49,886 nucleotides of DNA from Puia sp. GTDB lineage: Bacteria; Bacteroidota; Bacteroidia; Chitinophagales; Chitinophagaceae. Under the pieces are notes generated by a model. That model ran no database searches and was not told the DNA's origin. It was given only the letters and a program-made list of their open reading frames with translations. Positions within the stretch are counted from its first letter, which is position 1. Each line of letters starts with the position of its first letter. The stretch spans positions 1 through 49,886 of the forward strand of contig DATHGW010000153.1 of NCBI GenBank assembly GCA_035317445.1, given 5' to 3'. This document shows positions 1-9,513 of the stretch, in pieces. The position numbers were made by a program, and so were the translations under genes.

Positions 1-53
1 CCTCCAAGTCAGCCGAAAAAGAAAGTAAGCAAGAAGATGATCTCCCATTTTAA
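1..53 (+). CDS. ssb: 3' end of a single-stranded DNA-binding protein gene (partial)
   Basis: Frame from nt 3 reads SKSAEKESKQEDDLPF-stop (TAA 51-53); the acidic DDLPF tail is the SSB C-terminal signature. Not in the ORF track. Confidence 0.7.
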   Translation, partial: SKSAEKESKQEDDLPF

Positions 54-100
54 AAACTAACCCTCCCAGCCGTCCGGGACAAAAGAAGGAGGCATCTATT

Positions 101-577
101 ATGATTTACTTTAAAGAGTGTAATACCATAGAAGAAGTAAAAGCCACTTATAAGAAGCTGGCAAAACAGCATCACCCGGACGCAGGCGGGGACACGGCCA
201 CCATGCAGGCCATTAACACGGAATATGCTTATGCCTGCGCCCATATCATCAAAGGAGCAAAACTGTCAACGGAGGAAACGGAAGAAGCCTTACGGATGTC
301 GGAAGAATACCGTACCGCCATTCAGCAGATTATTCACCTACCCGGAATTGTTATTGAAGTTGTTGGGCATTGGATATGGGTAACAGGAAACACTTATCCG
401 CTTCGGACAGAACTCAAGGCTGCCAACTTCTTTTTCGCCTCTAAAAAACTTGCTTGGTACTTCCGAGCGACAGAATACAAAACAAGAGGAGGAAAAAAAT
501 CCCTTGATGAAATCCGAAGGAAATATGGCAGCGAGGTAGTTAGTCAGGATTCGAAATCAAAATTTATCCATCACTAA
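101..577 (+). CDS. Small J-domain (DnaJ-like) protein
   Basis: N-terminal EEVKATYKKLAKQHHPDAGG with HPD motif, then a C-terminal domain (GHWIWVTGNT). Confidence 0.85.
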   Translation: MIYFKECNTIEEVKATYKKLAKQHHPDAGGDTATMQAINTEYAYACAHIIKGAKLSTEETEEALRMSEEYRTAIQQIIHLPGIVIEVVGHWIWVTGNTYPLRTELKAANFFFASKKLAWYFRATEYKTRGGKKSLDEIRRKYGSEVVSQDSKSKFIHH

Positions 578-588
578 AAATCTTTGAT

Positions 589-1023
589 ATGAAAAAGATC
601 AGTACAGAAGCCACAAGAATATTCTGCCGCCTGCTTGATAAGCTAAAGAGGCATGAGCATATTAAATTAGCCGCGGAGGGTTTTATGCCACTCACTGTAG
701 AGCGTCTGGAAGGTGATATTTTAACGCCATACGGAACCGGAACACTTTACAGTATTGCGCATTATTATTTCCAAAACGGCGATATAATGAGCGATCCGCA
801 AATGGTATTTATCGTAGTGGATAACCGGAAGGATGAAAACGACTTTGCAGCCGTCGGCATTTTTCCTCAAATGTACCAGCAGGATAATCTGGGCCTATAT
901 GAAGAAAGCGCACAGATTGAGAGCGGAAAATTAACCACCTACAACAAGTTATGGCAGCCCGGCCATTGCAGATTTGCCAACCTATGGCTCAGGAACATTA
1001 AGCAACAGGGATTCCTAAAGTAA
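589..1023 (+). CDS. Conserved mobile-element protein (DUF6908-like)
   Basis: FMPLTVE...YSIAHYYFQNGDIMSDPQM motif recalled from this family; operonic with its neighbours. Confidence 0.6.
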   Translation: MKKISTEATRIFCRLLDKLKRHEHIKLAAEGFMPLTVERLEGDILTPYGTGTLYSIAHYYFQNGDIMSDPQMVFIVVDNRKDENDFAAVGIFPQMYQQDNLGLYEESAQIESGKLTTYNKLWQPGHCRFANLWLRNIKQQGFLK

Positions 1024-1053
1024 AAACGATTCCAAAAATTTTAAAAGTATTAT

Positions 1054-2883
1054 ATGTCAACCAAAGTAGTTAAAAACAAATCAATCAAAGCGAAAACGCA
1101 GAAATCTGTTAATAGCTCCCCTTCTTTAATCCAAGAGGGGGAACTTAAAAACGTGGCTATTACCGATATTGATTTTAGCCCGCTCAATTACAGGAAGTTT
1201 TTCTCTAAAAAAGCACTTGAAGATTTTGCCACAGAGATTGCCCTGCATGGTATTATTTCACCATTGATGCTCCGAAGTATGCCGTCAGGCCGTTATGAAC
1301 TGGTGGCAGGTGAACGCAGGCTCCGGGCGGCGATGATTGCAAAACTTTCGGAAGTACCGGCAGTAGCAAAAATTTTGACAGACGAGGATGTGATTGAAAT
1401 CCAGCTTTCCGAAAACCTTCAACGGGAAGACCCGCACCCGATGCATGAAGCGCAAGGAATCGGTCAAATGCAGAAAGCGCGAAAGACGATTGATGAAATC
1501 GCAGCACGCCTCGGTAAGTCCAAAGTCTTTGTATATAGCCGCCTCAAACTTTTGACCCTTATTGATGCTTTACAGGAAATGTTTCTTGCGGATAAAATCA
1601 ACCTTACCGAAGCAGTTGAAATTGCGAGTATTTCCGCAGCATCCCAACAGGAATTTTATGACGAATATTGTTCGGATTGGAAGGAACAGGAAAATTTTGA
1701 ACTGGATAATATCATGTATGCGCTTTCACGGTTCAAGTACGATCTTAAAGAAGCTCCCTTTAATCCCAAAGATAAAGGGCTGCTACCATCGGCAGGAGCC
1801 TGTACAGCTTGCCCCTCCAATTCCGCAACGCTTAAAACTTTATTCCCTGAATATGCTAAACATGCGGTTTGCACAAATAAGGAGTGCTACCGGAAAAAAT
1901 GCGATGCCCATTTCAGCTTTTCTTTGGTAAGCGCTTTTCAGGAACACAAACCGGACGCGCTACTGTTTCATGGATCGGATTCAGGTATAATCGAAGAGGT
2001 AGTCCGCTTAGTGCCGAGCGCAGGTGATTTGCTGAAATATAACCGGTATGAAGTAAGCATTTTGTCTGCCCCGCAGATGCCGGAAAAAGAAGATTTCAGC
2101 GAGGAATGGGAGACAGAAGAAGGGGAAGAACCTGAATCTGACGAGGACGGATTCGCCCAGGCAATGGAGGAATACAACGCAGACCTTGAAGCCTATAATT
2201 TGTTCATTCAAAGCGGGAAAGCCTTAAAAGGACTGCTCGTAACCAAAAGCAAGACTGAATTAATATTGTTCAGCCCGGAAGCCCTTGAACAATATGGCTC
2301 CAAATCCAAAGTAACAGCAAAGGAGGTGCAGGACGCTATTAAAGCCGGGAAAGCTACCCCCGAACTATTACAGGCGGAAATTGGCCGTATTAGTGCCAGA
2401 GAAGAAAGGGCAAAGGAAATTGACCGTGAGAAAGTGCAGGTCTTAGTGCATAGCAGGTTCAATAATCATATCGCTGAAGTTGAAACGGGTGTAACACCTA
2501 CCGAGGCTGACAAGGTAGGTGCAAGGCTACTCATTTTTCAATCACTTGATTATACTACCCGTAGCAAAGTATCCGCTGTTTTATTTGGAGGAAGTGAAGA
2601 TTCTGATGAACAAGAAAAGGAAAATCTATACGAATCACTCCGTAAGCTAACAGATCACGAGTACAGCTACCTGATACGGACGGCCGTTGCCTCAAAACCA
2701 GAGAGCAAATTTCCGAATAACGACACCGGATACGTTCTCTATCAAATGGCTGAAAGTTCTGGTTTGGATATAGCAACTATTGAAGAAGAACAGGAGAAAA
2801 AATCGAAGAACAGAGAGGCTAAACAAAATGACCGGATTAAGGAGTTGGAAAAGAAGATCAGTAAAATGAATCCAGCCATATAG
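1054..2883 (+). CDS. ParB/RepB/Spo0J-family protein with long C-terminal extension
   Basis: GIISPLMLR, ELVAGERRLRA, ENLQRED, HTH (IDEIAARLGKS), Cys cluster CTAC...CTNKEC and an acidic linker. Confidence 0.9.
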   Translation: MSTKVVKNKSIKAKTQKSVNSSPSLIQEGELKNVAITDIDFSPLNYRKFFSKKALEDFATEIALHGIISPLMLRSMPSGRYELVAGERRLRAAMIAKLSEVPAVAKILTDEDVIEIQLSENLQREDPHPMHEAQGIGQMQKARKTIDEIAARLGKSKVFVYSRLKLLTLIDALQEMFLADKINLTEAVEIASISAASQQEFYDEYCSDWKEQENFELDNIMYALSRFKYDLKEAPFNPKDKGLLPSAGACTACPSNSATLKTLFPEYAKHAVCTNKECYRKKCDAHFSFSLVSAFQEHKPDALLFHGSDSGIIEEVVRLVPSAGDLLKYNRYEVSILSAPQMPEKEDFSEEWETEEGEEPESDEDGFAQAMEEYNADLEAYNLFIQSGKALKGLLVTKSKTELILFSPEALEQYGSKSKVTAKEVQDAIKAGKATPELLQAEIGRISAREERAKEIDREKVQVLVHSRFNNHIAEVETGVTPTEADKVGARLLIFQSLDYTTRSKVSAVLFGGSEDSDEQEKENLYESLRKLTDHEYSYLIRTAVASKPESKFPNNDTGYVLYQMAESSGLDIATIEEEQEKKSKNREAKQNDRIKELEKKISKMNPAI

Positions 2884-2891
2884 CCATTTCT

Positions 2892-2927
2892 TAAAGGGGG
2901 GTCGCTAAAATATCGAGCTCCCCTTTA
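2892..2927 (+). terminator. Imperfect hairpin after parB, probable terminator
   Basis: TAAAGGGGGGTCG ... CGAGCTCCCCTTTA, starting 9 nt after the stop codon. Confidence 0.5.
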
Positions 2928-2939
2928 TGTCTATCTATT

Positions 2940-2998
2940 AAAAAAACCGGCTGCCGCCCTGCTCTTGAGTAAGAACCAAGGGCTTCGGACGGCAGCCG
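2940..2998 (-). terminator. Intrinsic terminator on the minus strand
   Basis: CGGCTGCCG (2948-2956) pairs with CGGCAGCCG (2990-2998), with an inner stem; A7 at 2940-2946 gives a U-tract on the minus strand. Lies directly after the 3002-3349 pseudogene. Confidence 0.65.
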
Positions 2999-3001
2999 TT
3001 A

Positions 3002-3349
3002 TTATTTCTCAGGACCCATTTCTGCTTTTGACAATTTAATTCTTCCCCTTATCATCCTTACTGACTTCAATATGGTAAGTAACGCCAGTGGCCGAATCAG
3101 AAAAATTAACCTTTTAGCCTGACACTTCAAACTGTCCTTTCTCGTTGCAATAGACTGTTACCACGAATTTTATGCCGTACTGATCTGCGTAAAATAACAG
3201 TTGATGGCGATAATTCTTTTTGACCAGGCTTTAAAATCAAGGATTGCTTCAAATTCACCAAGCGGTACTAGTGCATCATCATAGGTGTACAGGCGGGGCT
3301 CATGACCCTTTGAAATAGCTGCCCAACATTTCATATGACGCGTTATCAT
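3002..3349 (-). pseudogene. Frameshifted ~115-codon hypothetical gene
   Basis: ATG 3349 gives MITRHMKCW...LDFKAWSKRIIAINCYFTQIST, stop at 3170-3172. It continues in another frame (GIKFVVTVYCNEKGQFEVSG*KVNFSD...) and returns to the first frame ending ...KAEMGPEK-TAA (3002-3004), followed by a terminator. Confidence 0.6.
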
Positions 3350-3377
3350 TTTTCTTATTATTCATTTTGCCAAGTTA

Positions 3378-3486
3378 GGCCTTTGCCTAGGATATGCCAG
3401 CAAGGAACTTCGGCATAAACTCAAAATTGCCAGTGCCCAGGGCCTTCCTTTATTCCGATCCTCCTTGCGCAAATCCGGCAAAGGCC
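3378..3486 (+). promoter_or_regulatory. 109-nt long-range hairpin upstream of radC (candidate ssDNA promoter, Frpo/ssi-like)
   Basis: GGCCTTTGCC 3378-3387 / GGCAAAGGCC 3477-3486; GGAT/ATCC; GCAAGGA 3400-3406 / TCCTTGC 3462-3468. Function is inferred. Confidence 0.55.
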
Positions 3487-3530
3487 AGTGATCGCTCCAT
3501 AATTAATTTTTAACTATTTAAAAGATTTTT

Positions 3531-4001
3531 ATGGAAAAGGAATTGAAGGAATTAATAAGAAGCAAAGTCGCAGAAGTAGAACTGGTTTACAAATCCAAAG
3601 TAAAGTCATCCGAGAGAATCCAGATTACTGGGTCAAAAGACTCATATGAAGTTTTCTCAGCCCTTTGGAATGATGATGAACTGGAACTAAGGGAACAATT
3701 CAAAACGATTTATCTAAACAGGGCCAATAAGATAGTAGGTTTCTATGAAGTGTCATCCGGCGGAATTACTGCTACGATCGCCGATACCAGACTAATTCTC
3801 AAAGCAGCTTTAGATGTGCTAGCCTGCAGCATGCTGCTTGCCCATAACCACCCCTCCGGAAATCTCAAGCCAAGTAAGGCCGACGAAGAACTTACTCAGA
3901 AAATAAAATTTGCGGCAGAATTTCATGATATAAAATTGCTTGATCATATTATCCTGAGCGATGAAGGTTATTATTCATTTGCAGATGAAGGGATGTTGTA
4001 A
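3531..4001 (+). CDS. radC: RadC-family JAB/MPN domain protein
   Basis: LREQF, SGGIT, AHNHPSGNLKPSKAD, LLDHII, YYSFADEG. Confidence 0.93.
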   Translation: MEKELKELIRSKVAEVELVYKSKVKSSERIQITGSKDSYEVFSALWNDDELELREQFKTIYLNRANKIVGFYEVSSGGITATIADTRLILKAALDVLACSMLLAHNHPSGNLKPSKADEELTQKIKFAAEFHDIKLLDHIILSDEGYYSFADEGML

Positions 4002-4088
4002 CCCGATTTGGGACACAGCTCTTAAGTGACTAAGTCCACATCCTGTAGCGATCTCTACAATTAAGGCGAGCATTTTATTCTGAACTGC

Positions 4089-4376
4089 TTACTTTTCGGA
4101 TAAAGAATTTAATTTGTCGTTCATTTCTGTAAGTCCTGCTTTAAGCAGTAGATCGCTTGGTATGGTTTCTATTTCACCCATTGTCTCTTTTCCAACAGCG
4201 TTGAGCAACCCACTTTCAGTGCCTCCATTCATGGTAGATAGTCCCCACTCAATTAATTTCACTAAGACGAGTACATTTCTTCGAGATATACGAAGATCAA
4301 TTTTTACAGAATCATTCATTCCTGGAGAAGTCAAAATGGTTTCATAAACGAGAGCCGAGTCTTTGGCGGAAAGCAT
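4089..4376 (-). CDS. Conserved hypothetical protein of Bacteroidota conjugative elements
   Basis: VYETILTSPGMNDSVKIDLRISRRNVL...LLLKAGL pattern; divergent from the primase-like gene. Confidence 0.7.
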   Translation of the reverse strand: MLSAKDSALVYETILTSPGMNDSVKIDLRISRRNVLVLVKLIEWGLSTMNGGTESGLLNAVGKETMGEIETIPSDLLLKAGLTEMNDKLNSLSEK

Positions 4377-4453
4377 ACAAAAAAGTTTATTTGTTAAAAA
4401 TAATTTCTGATTCAGGTAAAATTATCTTTCATTCTCGATGAAAACCTGATTTG

Positions 4454-4531
4454 ACCCCTTCAAAAAATGAAGGGGTATTTTATTCTTTGGATTGCAGTTC
4501 TAATTTCACAATTGTAATGACGAATTGTGAA
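4454..4531. promoter_or_regulatory. Two perfect 9-bp inverted repeats in a divergent intergenic region
   Basis: ACCCCTTCA-N5-TGAAGGGGT (4454-4476) and TTCACAATT-N9-AATTGTGAA (4505-4531). Confidence 0.5.
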
Positions 4532-4548
4532 CAAGAAAATGTGATTGT

Positions 4549-5439
4549 ATGACGATCAACCAGGCAAAAGAAATGGATATGGTGGACTACCTTTCCGGTC
4601 TCGGTTATAAACCGGAGAGGATCTCCGGGAAAAGTTATTGGTACCTCTCTCCGCTCCATGATGAAAAGACGGCTTCTTTCAAAATAAACCGGCAGTTAAA
4701 CAGGTGGTATGATTTTGCTGAGGGTAAAGGAGGTAACCTTGTAGATTTTGGAATTTTATTTTATCATTGCTCTGTAATAGATTTTCTACAGAGAGTGAAC
4801 GGGCAATCGATTTTCATTCAGCAGAATCAAAAATTTATCAGGCAAGAGGAATCAAAACCTGAAGTAGAAAATAACCTTCGGATTCTATCTACCCATAAAC
4901 TCAGTTCCTACCCTTTAATGAAATACTTGCAGAATCGAAGAATCGATAACAAAATAGCGGATAAATATTGCCAGGAAATAGGGTATCAGGTTGCTGGTAA
5001 AGTCTATTATGCCATAGGTTTTAAAAATGACAGCGGAGGCTATGAGCTTCGAAATCCAAATTTCAAGGGAAGCAGTTCTCCAAAAGGCATCACTTTTATA
5101 GATATTGGGTCAAGTGATATTGCCGTTTTTGAGGGCTTTTTCAACTTCCTTTCTTATCACTCAATTTTTGATAAACTGGAACAGCCTTCAAGCAATTTTC
5201 TGATTTTAAATTCCGCCTCCTTTTTTGAGAAGAGCCTGCCAAAAATGCAGGAACACAGGCGGGTGCATTTATTTCTTGACAATGATAAGACGGGGCAAAG
5301 ATACACCCTGCTAGCTCTTAGTTTGAACCGGGAAAAATTCATCGATGAACGTCGTTTATATCAGCAGTACAATGATCTCAACGACTGGATCATGCATATT
5401 GGAATGTCCCCAAAGCATGAATTCAGACATAAATTCTAG
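4549..5439 (+). CDS. CHC2-like zinc finger + Toprim primase-like protein (Bacteroidota ICE type)
   Basis: YLSPLHDEKTASFK, WYDFAEGKGG, GGYELRN, VFEGFFNFLS, LFLDNDKTG, DLND. Confidence 0.88.
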   Translation: MTINQAKEMDMVDYLSGLGYKPERISGKSYWYLSPLHDEKTASFKINRQLNRWYDFAEGKGGNLVDFGILFYHCSVIDFLQRVNGQSIFIQQNQKFIRQEESKPEVENNLRILSTHKLSSYPLMKYLQNRRIDNKIADKYCQEIGYQVAGKVYYAIGFKNDSGGYELRNPNFKGSSSPKGITFIDIGSSDIAVFEGFFNFLSYHSIFDKLEQPSSNFLILNSASFFEKSLPKMQEHRRVHLFLDNDKTGQRYTLLALSLNREKFIDERRLYQQYNDLNDWIMHIGMSPKHEFRHKF

Positions 5440-5526
5440 TTTTTTCTTGGCCAGCAGGACTGGAATTTATTGAATTGATGATAGCTGTGAAAAAGATATG
5501 AGGTAGCCTGCCAGGCCGCTACCGGC

Positions 5527-5585
5527 TAGATGTACCGTTGTGCGACAACGGTGATCTAAATGCTCTTCCTCCAAAGTCGGGAGCA
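5527..5585 (+). other. Candidate oriT
   Basis: TAGAT..ACCGTTGT-GCG-ACAACGGT..ATCTA hairpin (5527-5558), then TGCTC...CCAAAGTCGG..GAGCA, directly upstream of mobA-relaxase. Confidence 0.65.
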
Positions 5586-5640
5586 GTGAGATAGCGGCTA
5601 TTTGAACGACAATTTTCAAACGTGTGAAAATGAATCAGTG

Positions 5641-6030
5641 ATGAAAGAACAGAAAATAAACCGGTCGTTCGACCTTCATGTGCGACTTACGCAGAAAGAG
5701 CGAACGCGAATCAATGAAAAATTTTCAAAAAGTACTGACCGGAAGATGAGCGAATACGTCCGAAAAGTTCTGCTGGATAAGGCTATTATCATAAACCAGC
5801 GCAACCAATCATTCGACGACTTTATGGCAGAAATGATTGTGCTTAGAAAAGAGTTAAATGCAATTGGAATAAACTTTAACCAGGCAGTAAAAAAGCTCAA
5901 CGCTTTGGAGCAAATAACTGAGATAAAAATCTGGCTTGAGAATTTCAATTTGAGCGGCCAAATACTAGTTAATAAAATCACGGAAATCAAATCGAAAATC
6001 AATCAAATAAATGACCAATGGTTGCGGTAA
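5641..6030 (+). CDS. Relaxosome accessory ribbon-helix-helix protein (MobA/MobC type)
   Basis: LHVRLTQKE...MSEYVRKVLL...ELNAIGINFNQAVKKLN; overlaps the relaxase start. ATG 5641 preferred to TTG 5602. Confidence 0.85.
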   Translation: MKEQKINRSFDLHVRLTQKERTRINEKFSKSTDRKMSEYVRKVLLDKAIIINQRNQSFDDFMAEMIVLRKELNAIGINFNQAVKKLNALEQITEIKIWLENFNLSGQILVNKITEIKSKINQINDQWLR

Positions 6031-7265
6031 TAAATCTCGGCAGGAGCATCCGAAAATCGCTCAATTATAATGAGCAAAAACTAAAAGTGGATAAAGCGGA
6101 ATTCATCCATTCGGCAAACTATGCGAAGGATACGGAAGAACTTGGATTTTCAGACAAAATCAATCGCCTCGAAAGGCTCGCCAAATTAAATGAAAAGACA
6201 GAACTAAACAGCGTCCACATTTCTTTAAATTTTGATCCGTCTGAGAAGCTTTCTAACGAAAAATTACGAGCTATTGCAGAAAACTATATAGAAAAAATTG
6301 GCTTTGGGAACCAACCCTATCTGGTCTATAAGCATAATGATTCCGGTCATCCACATATTCATTTATTGACAACAAACATTCAGGCTGATGGCTCACGGAT
6401 TAAGATGCACAATATTGGCAGGAATCAATCTGAAAAGGCCCGCAAAGAAATTGAAATAGAATTTAAGTTGGTGCAGGCACAACGACATCAGCTAAAACAA
6501 GCTTATGAATTAAAACCTGTCATGGTTCAAAAAGTTCAGTATGGGAAGGCCGAAACAAAGCGGGCAATTACAAATGTCCTGGACTCTGTCCTTCCTACCT
6601 ACAAATACAGCTCACTCCCTGAATTAAATGCTGTGCTAAAGCTATACAATATTGCGGCCGACAGGGGAAGCGAAGATTCCAGGACTTACAAAAGCAATGG
6701 ACTTGTTTACCGGGTGCTTGATGACAAGGGTCAAAAGATCGGGTCACCAATTAAAGCAAGCACAATTTATAGCAAGCCGACATTGAGATCTTTGGAAGCC
6801 AGGTTTAACCAGAATCTGCAGGACAAACAAATTCATAGAAAGCGGCTTAAAAATCAGGTTGACCTGGCTTTTATGAAATGCGCATCCCTTCCATTACCGG
6901 AATTGATAAGGATGTTGCAGAAGGAACAGATCCATGTAGTACTCAGGGAGAATAAAAACAAAATAATTTACGGGATAACCTACGTCGATCATAAAACTAA
7001 ATGTGTGTTCAATGGGAGTGAACTCGGAAAAGACTATAGCGCCAATGGACTTCAGATTAGATGCAAGCCAGACACAAGGGAAAACTCCGCGGTCAATCAA
7101 GACCAAAATCAGGTGCAATCATTTGACAATGCTGCAACGATAATAGGAGACGCCACCATAACCTTAACGGAGTTGCTCTTATCGAAGCAGCAGAACACTA
7201 CTATACCATGTGAATTGAGGGAAGAGTACCGGCGCCGAAGGAAACGAAAAAGATTACACCTATGA
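6018..7265 (+). CDS. Relaxase (Bacteroidota MobB, MOBP-like)
   Basis: LNYNEQK catalytic Tyr, HISLNF, HNDSGHPHIH (HUH motif), FNGSELGKDYS. Confidence 0.93.
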   Translation: MVAVINLGRSIRKSLNYNEQKLKVDKAEFIHSANYAKDTEELGFSDKINRLERLAKLNEKTELNSVHISLNFDPSEKLSNEKLRAIAENYIEKIGFGNQPYLVYKHNDSGHPHIHLLTTNIQADGSRIKMHNIGRNQSEKARKEIEIEFKLVQAQRHQLKQAYELKPVMVQKVQYGKAETKRAITNVLDSVLPTYKYSSLPELNAVLKLYNIAADRGSEDSRTYKSNGLVYRVLDDKGQKIGSPIKASTIYSKPTLRSLEARFNQNLQDKQIHRKRLKNQVDLAFMKCASLPLPELIRMLQKEQIHVVLRENKNKIIYGITYVDHKTKCVFNGSELGKDYSANGLQIRCKPDTRENSAVNQDQNQVQSFDNAATIIGDATITLTELLLSKQQNTTIPCELREEYRRRRKRKRLHL

Positions 7266-7278
7266 AATAAAAAGAGCA

Positions 7279-9264
7279 ATGACTATAAATACCGGTGAAA
7301 ACGATCAGGGGTTAAGAAAAATCATGGATATGACCAGGGCCATGAGTATACTGCTTCTTTGTCTGCACTTTTATTACTATTGCCACTCAGCTTTCAAGCT
7401 TTGGAATCTAACCACTTCGGTAGGCGATCGGGTATTATTTAATGTAGAAGGCACCCGTCTTTTCGCCGGTTTTAATAAGGCCAAATTGCTTGCAATAATT
7501 ATGCTCTCTCTTTCGCTGATCGGTGCAAAGGGAAAGAAAGATGAAAAGCTGGGATATCAAACTGCAGGAATTTACGTCTATGCTGGCTTGCTTCTTTATT
7601 TTTCGAGTTGGGGATTACTATTCTTGGACATACCTGTGGCTCAACGCACGATTTTATACATCGCAATTACTGTTACAGGGTACCTTTTATTTTTGAAAGG
7701 CGGAGCACTCCTATCAAGGATTATCAAACTCAAGCAGAATAGTAACGTTTTCAATACCGAAAATGAAACCTTCCCGCAGGAGGAGCGGTTAATCGAAAAC
7801 GAATATTCCATCAACCTGTCGGCAATATATAGGCTACGGAACGAAGTACGAAATAGCTGGATCAATTTCATTAATCCCCGGAGAGGTCTTTTAATTCTGG
7901 GCAGCCCAGGTTCCGGGAAATCTTATTTTATCATTGAGAATATAATAAGACAGCAGATCAAAAAAGGATTCGCTCAATTTATTTATGATTTCAAATACCC
8001 TGATCTCTCAACCATAGCTTACAATTATTTTCTGCGATATAAAAATGTTTATCCGGTTTGTCCCTCGTTTTATGCAGTAAACTTTAGTGATCCGGAGTAC
8101 TCTCACCGGTGTAATCCTTTAAATCCAGCTCTTATGAATGAAATCCTGGATGCGATGGAAGCCAGTAAAACGATGCTGCTCAGTATTAACCGCACTTGGG
8201 CGAATAAGCAGGGTGATTTTTTCGTGGAATCCCCGATAAATTTTCTGGCTGCAGTATTTTGGTTTCTACGAAAGTTTAAAGATGGAATATATTGTACTCT
8301 GCCGCATGCTATAGAGCTCATGCAACTAGACTATGAACAGTTATTTACTGTTCTGAGGACGGAACCCGAAATCCAAACCCTTGTAAAACCGTTTATCAGC
8401 GCCTATTTGGAAAACAATATGGAAACAGTGGACAGCCAGATGGCTTCCGTTCGCATCCCGCTCGGCAGACTTGCTTCCCCACAGCTCTATTATATTTTAT
8501 CTGGCAATGACTTCAGCCTGGATATTAACAACCCCCAAGCCCCCAAGATCGTTTGTCTTGGAAATGATCCTGTCAAATCGGAGGCATTAGCGCCTGTTAT
8601 TTCGCTTATTTGCGATCGGCTGAACAAGATCATTAACCAGCGAGGAAAAGCCAAATGTAGCACCATTTATGACGAATTTGGCACCATCCGGGTGAGCAGC
8701 ATACAAACGATTATTGCAACCGGCCGATCAAATAATATAGTTCCTATAATCACTATTCAGGACTATAGCCAACTTAAGAAGGTTTATTCCAAAGAGGAGG
8801 CCGAAACCATATTCAACATGACAGGAAATATCATCAGCGGCCAGGTTAGTGGAGAAACGGCTGAATCTCTTTCCAAAAGATTTCCGAAGATCATGCAGGA
8901 GAGGGAAAGCCTTTCTATCAATAGCTCAGATACTTCAATTAGTAAGTCCCAGCAGTTGGAAATCTCGGTCCCCGCATCAACCATAACAAGCCTTTCTTCG
9001 GGGGAATTTGTTGGCATGGTAGCTGATAATCCAGATGAGGTTATTGAGCACAAGACTTTTCATGCGAAGATTTTAAATGATCACCCAGGCCTAAAACTGG
9101 AAAGTGATTCGTTCCGGCCATTGCCATTTATTCGAAGGATAAATCCTAAAGACATTTTGAACATTTATCAGAAGGTAAAGGCGGAAATCCAAAATATTGC
9201 GGATAATATAATGGATGAGGTTCTAAATGATCCCGGAAAGGTTCACCTCCTGGTGCGAAAATGA
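7279..9264 (+). CDS. Type IV coupling protein (YWFCY-domain conjugal transfer protein MobC, VirD4-like)
   Basis: HFYYYC, TM helices, Walker A GSPGSGKS, YDFKYPDL, IYDEF, ATGRSN, QDYSQL. Confidence 0.92.
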   Translation: MTINTGENDQGLRKIMDMTRAMSILLLCLHFYYYCHSAFKLWNLTTSVGDRVLFNVEGTRLFAGFNKAKLLAIIMLSLSLIGAKGKKDEKLGYQTAGIYVYAGLLLYFSSWGLLFLDIPVAQRTILYIAITVTGYLLFLKGGALLSRIIKLKQNSNVFNTENETFPQEERLIENEYSINLSAIYRLRNEVRNSWINFINPRRGLLILGSPGSGKSYFIIENIIRQQIKKGFAQFIYDFKYPDLSTIAYNYFLRYKNVYPVCPSFYAVNFSDPEYSHRCNPLNPALMNEILDAMEASKTMLLSINRTWANKQGDFFVESPINFLAAVFWFLRKFKDGIYCTLPHAIELMQLDYEQLFTVLRTEPEIQTLVKPFISAYLENNMETVDSQMASVRIPLGRLASPQLYYILSGNDFSLDINNPQAPKIVCLGNDPVKSEALAPVISLICDRLNKIINQRGKAKCSTIYDEFGTIRVSSIQTIIATGRSNNIVPIITIQDYSQLKKVYSKEEAETIFNMTGNIISGQVSGETAESLSKRFPKIMQERESLSINSSDTSISKSQQLEISVPASTITSLSSGEFVGMVADNPDEVIEHKTFHAKILNDHPGLKLESDSFRPLPFIRRINPKDILNIYQKVKAEIQNIADNIMDEVLNDPGKVHLLVRK

Positions 9265-9460
9265 GGGGCGCTCCATAAGCTGATAACAACCTGCTTTTTT
9301 GGGGCACCATAATTTTTTGAATCCATCCAATATTTTGGCAAATTCTTTCTTTTGAGTATTTTCAAAGCCGTCCAGATAATTTTCAGTTTGTTTTCAAGTA
9401 CGCATACCCCAAAGCCTATTAAGTAAAAAGAAGTTAAAATGCATTAGCCAACGGGGCAAG

Positions 9461-9503
9461 CTGTTAGTCTGAGGGTCGTTGGTTCAAGTCCAATGTGCGG
9501 AGC
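9461..9503 (+). pseudogene. Degenerate 3' half of tRNA-Asn(GTT), probable att scar
   Basis: CTGTTAG anticodon-loop-like, GAGGGTC variable loop, T-arm TTGG-TTCAAGT-CCAA, then TGCGGAGC. No D-arm or 5' acceptor strand. Confidence 0.6.
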
Positions 9504-9513
9504 TACTACCAGC

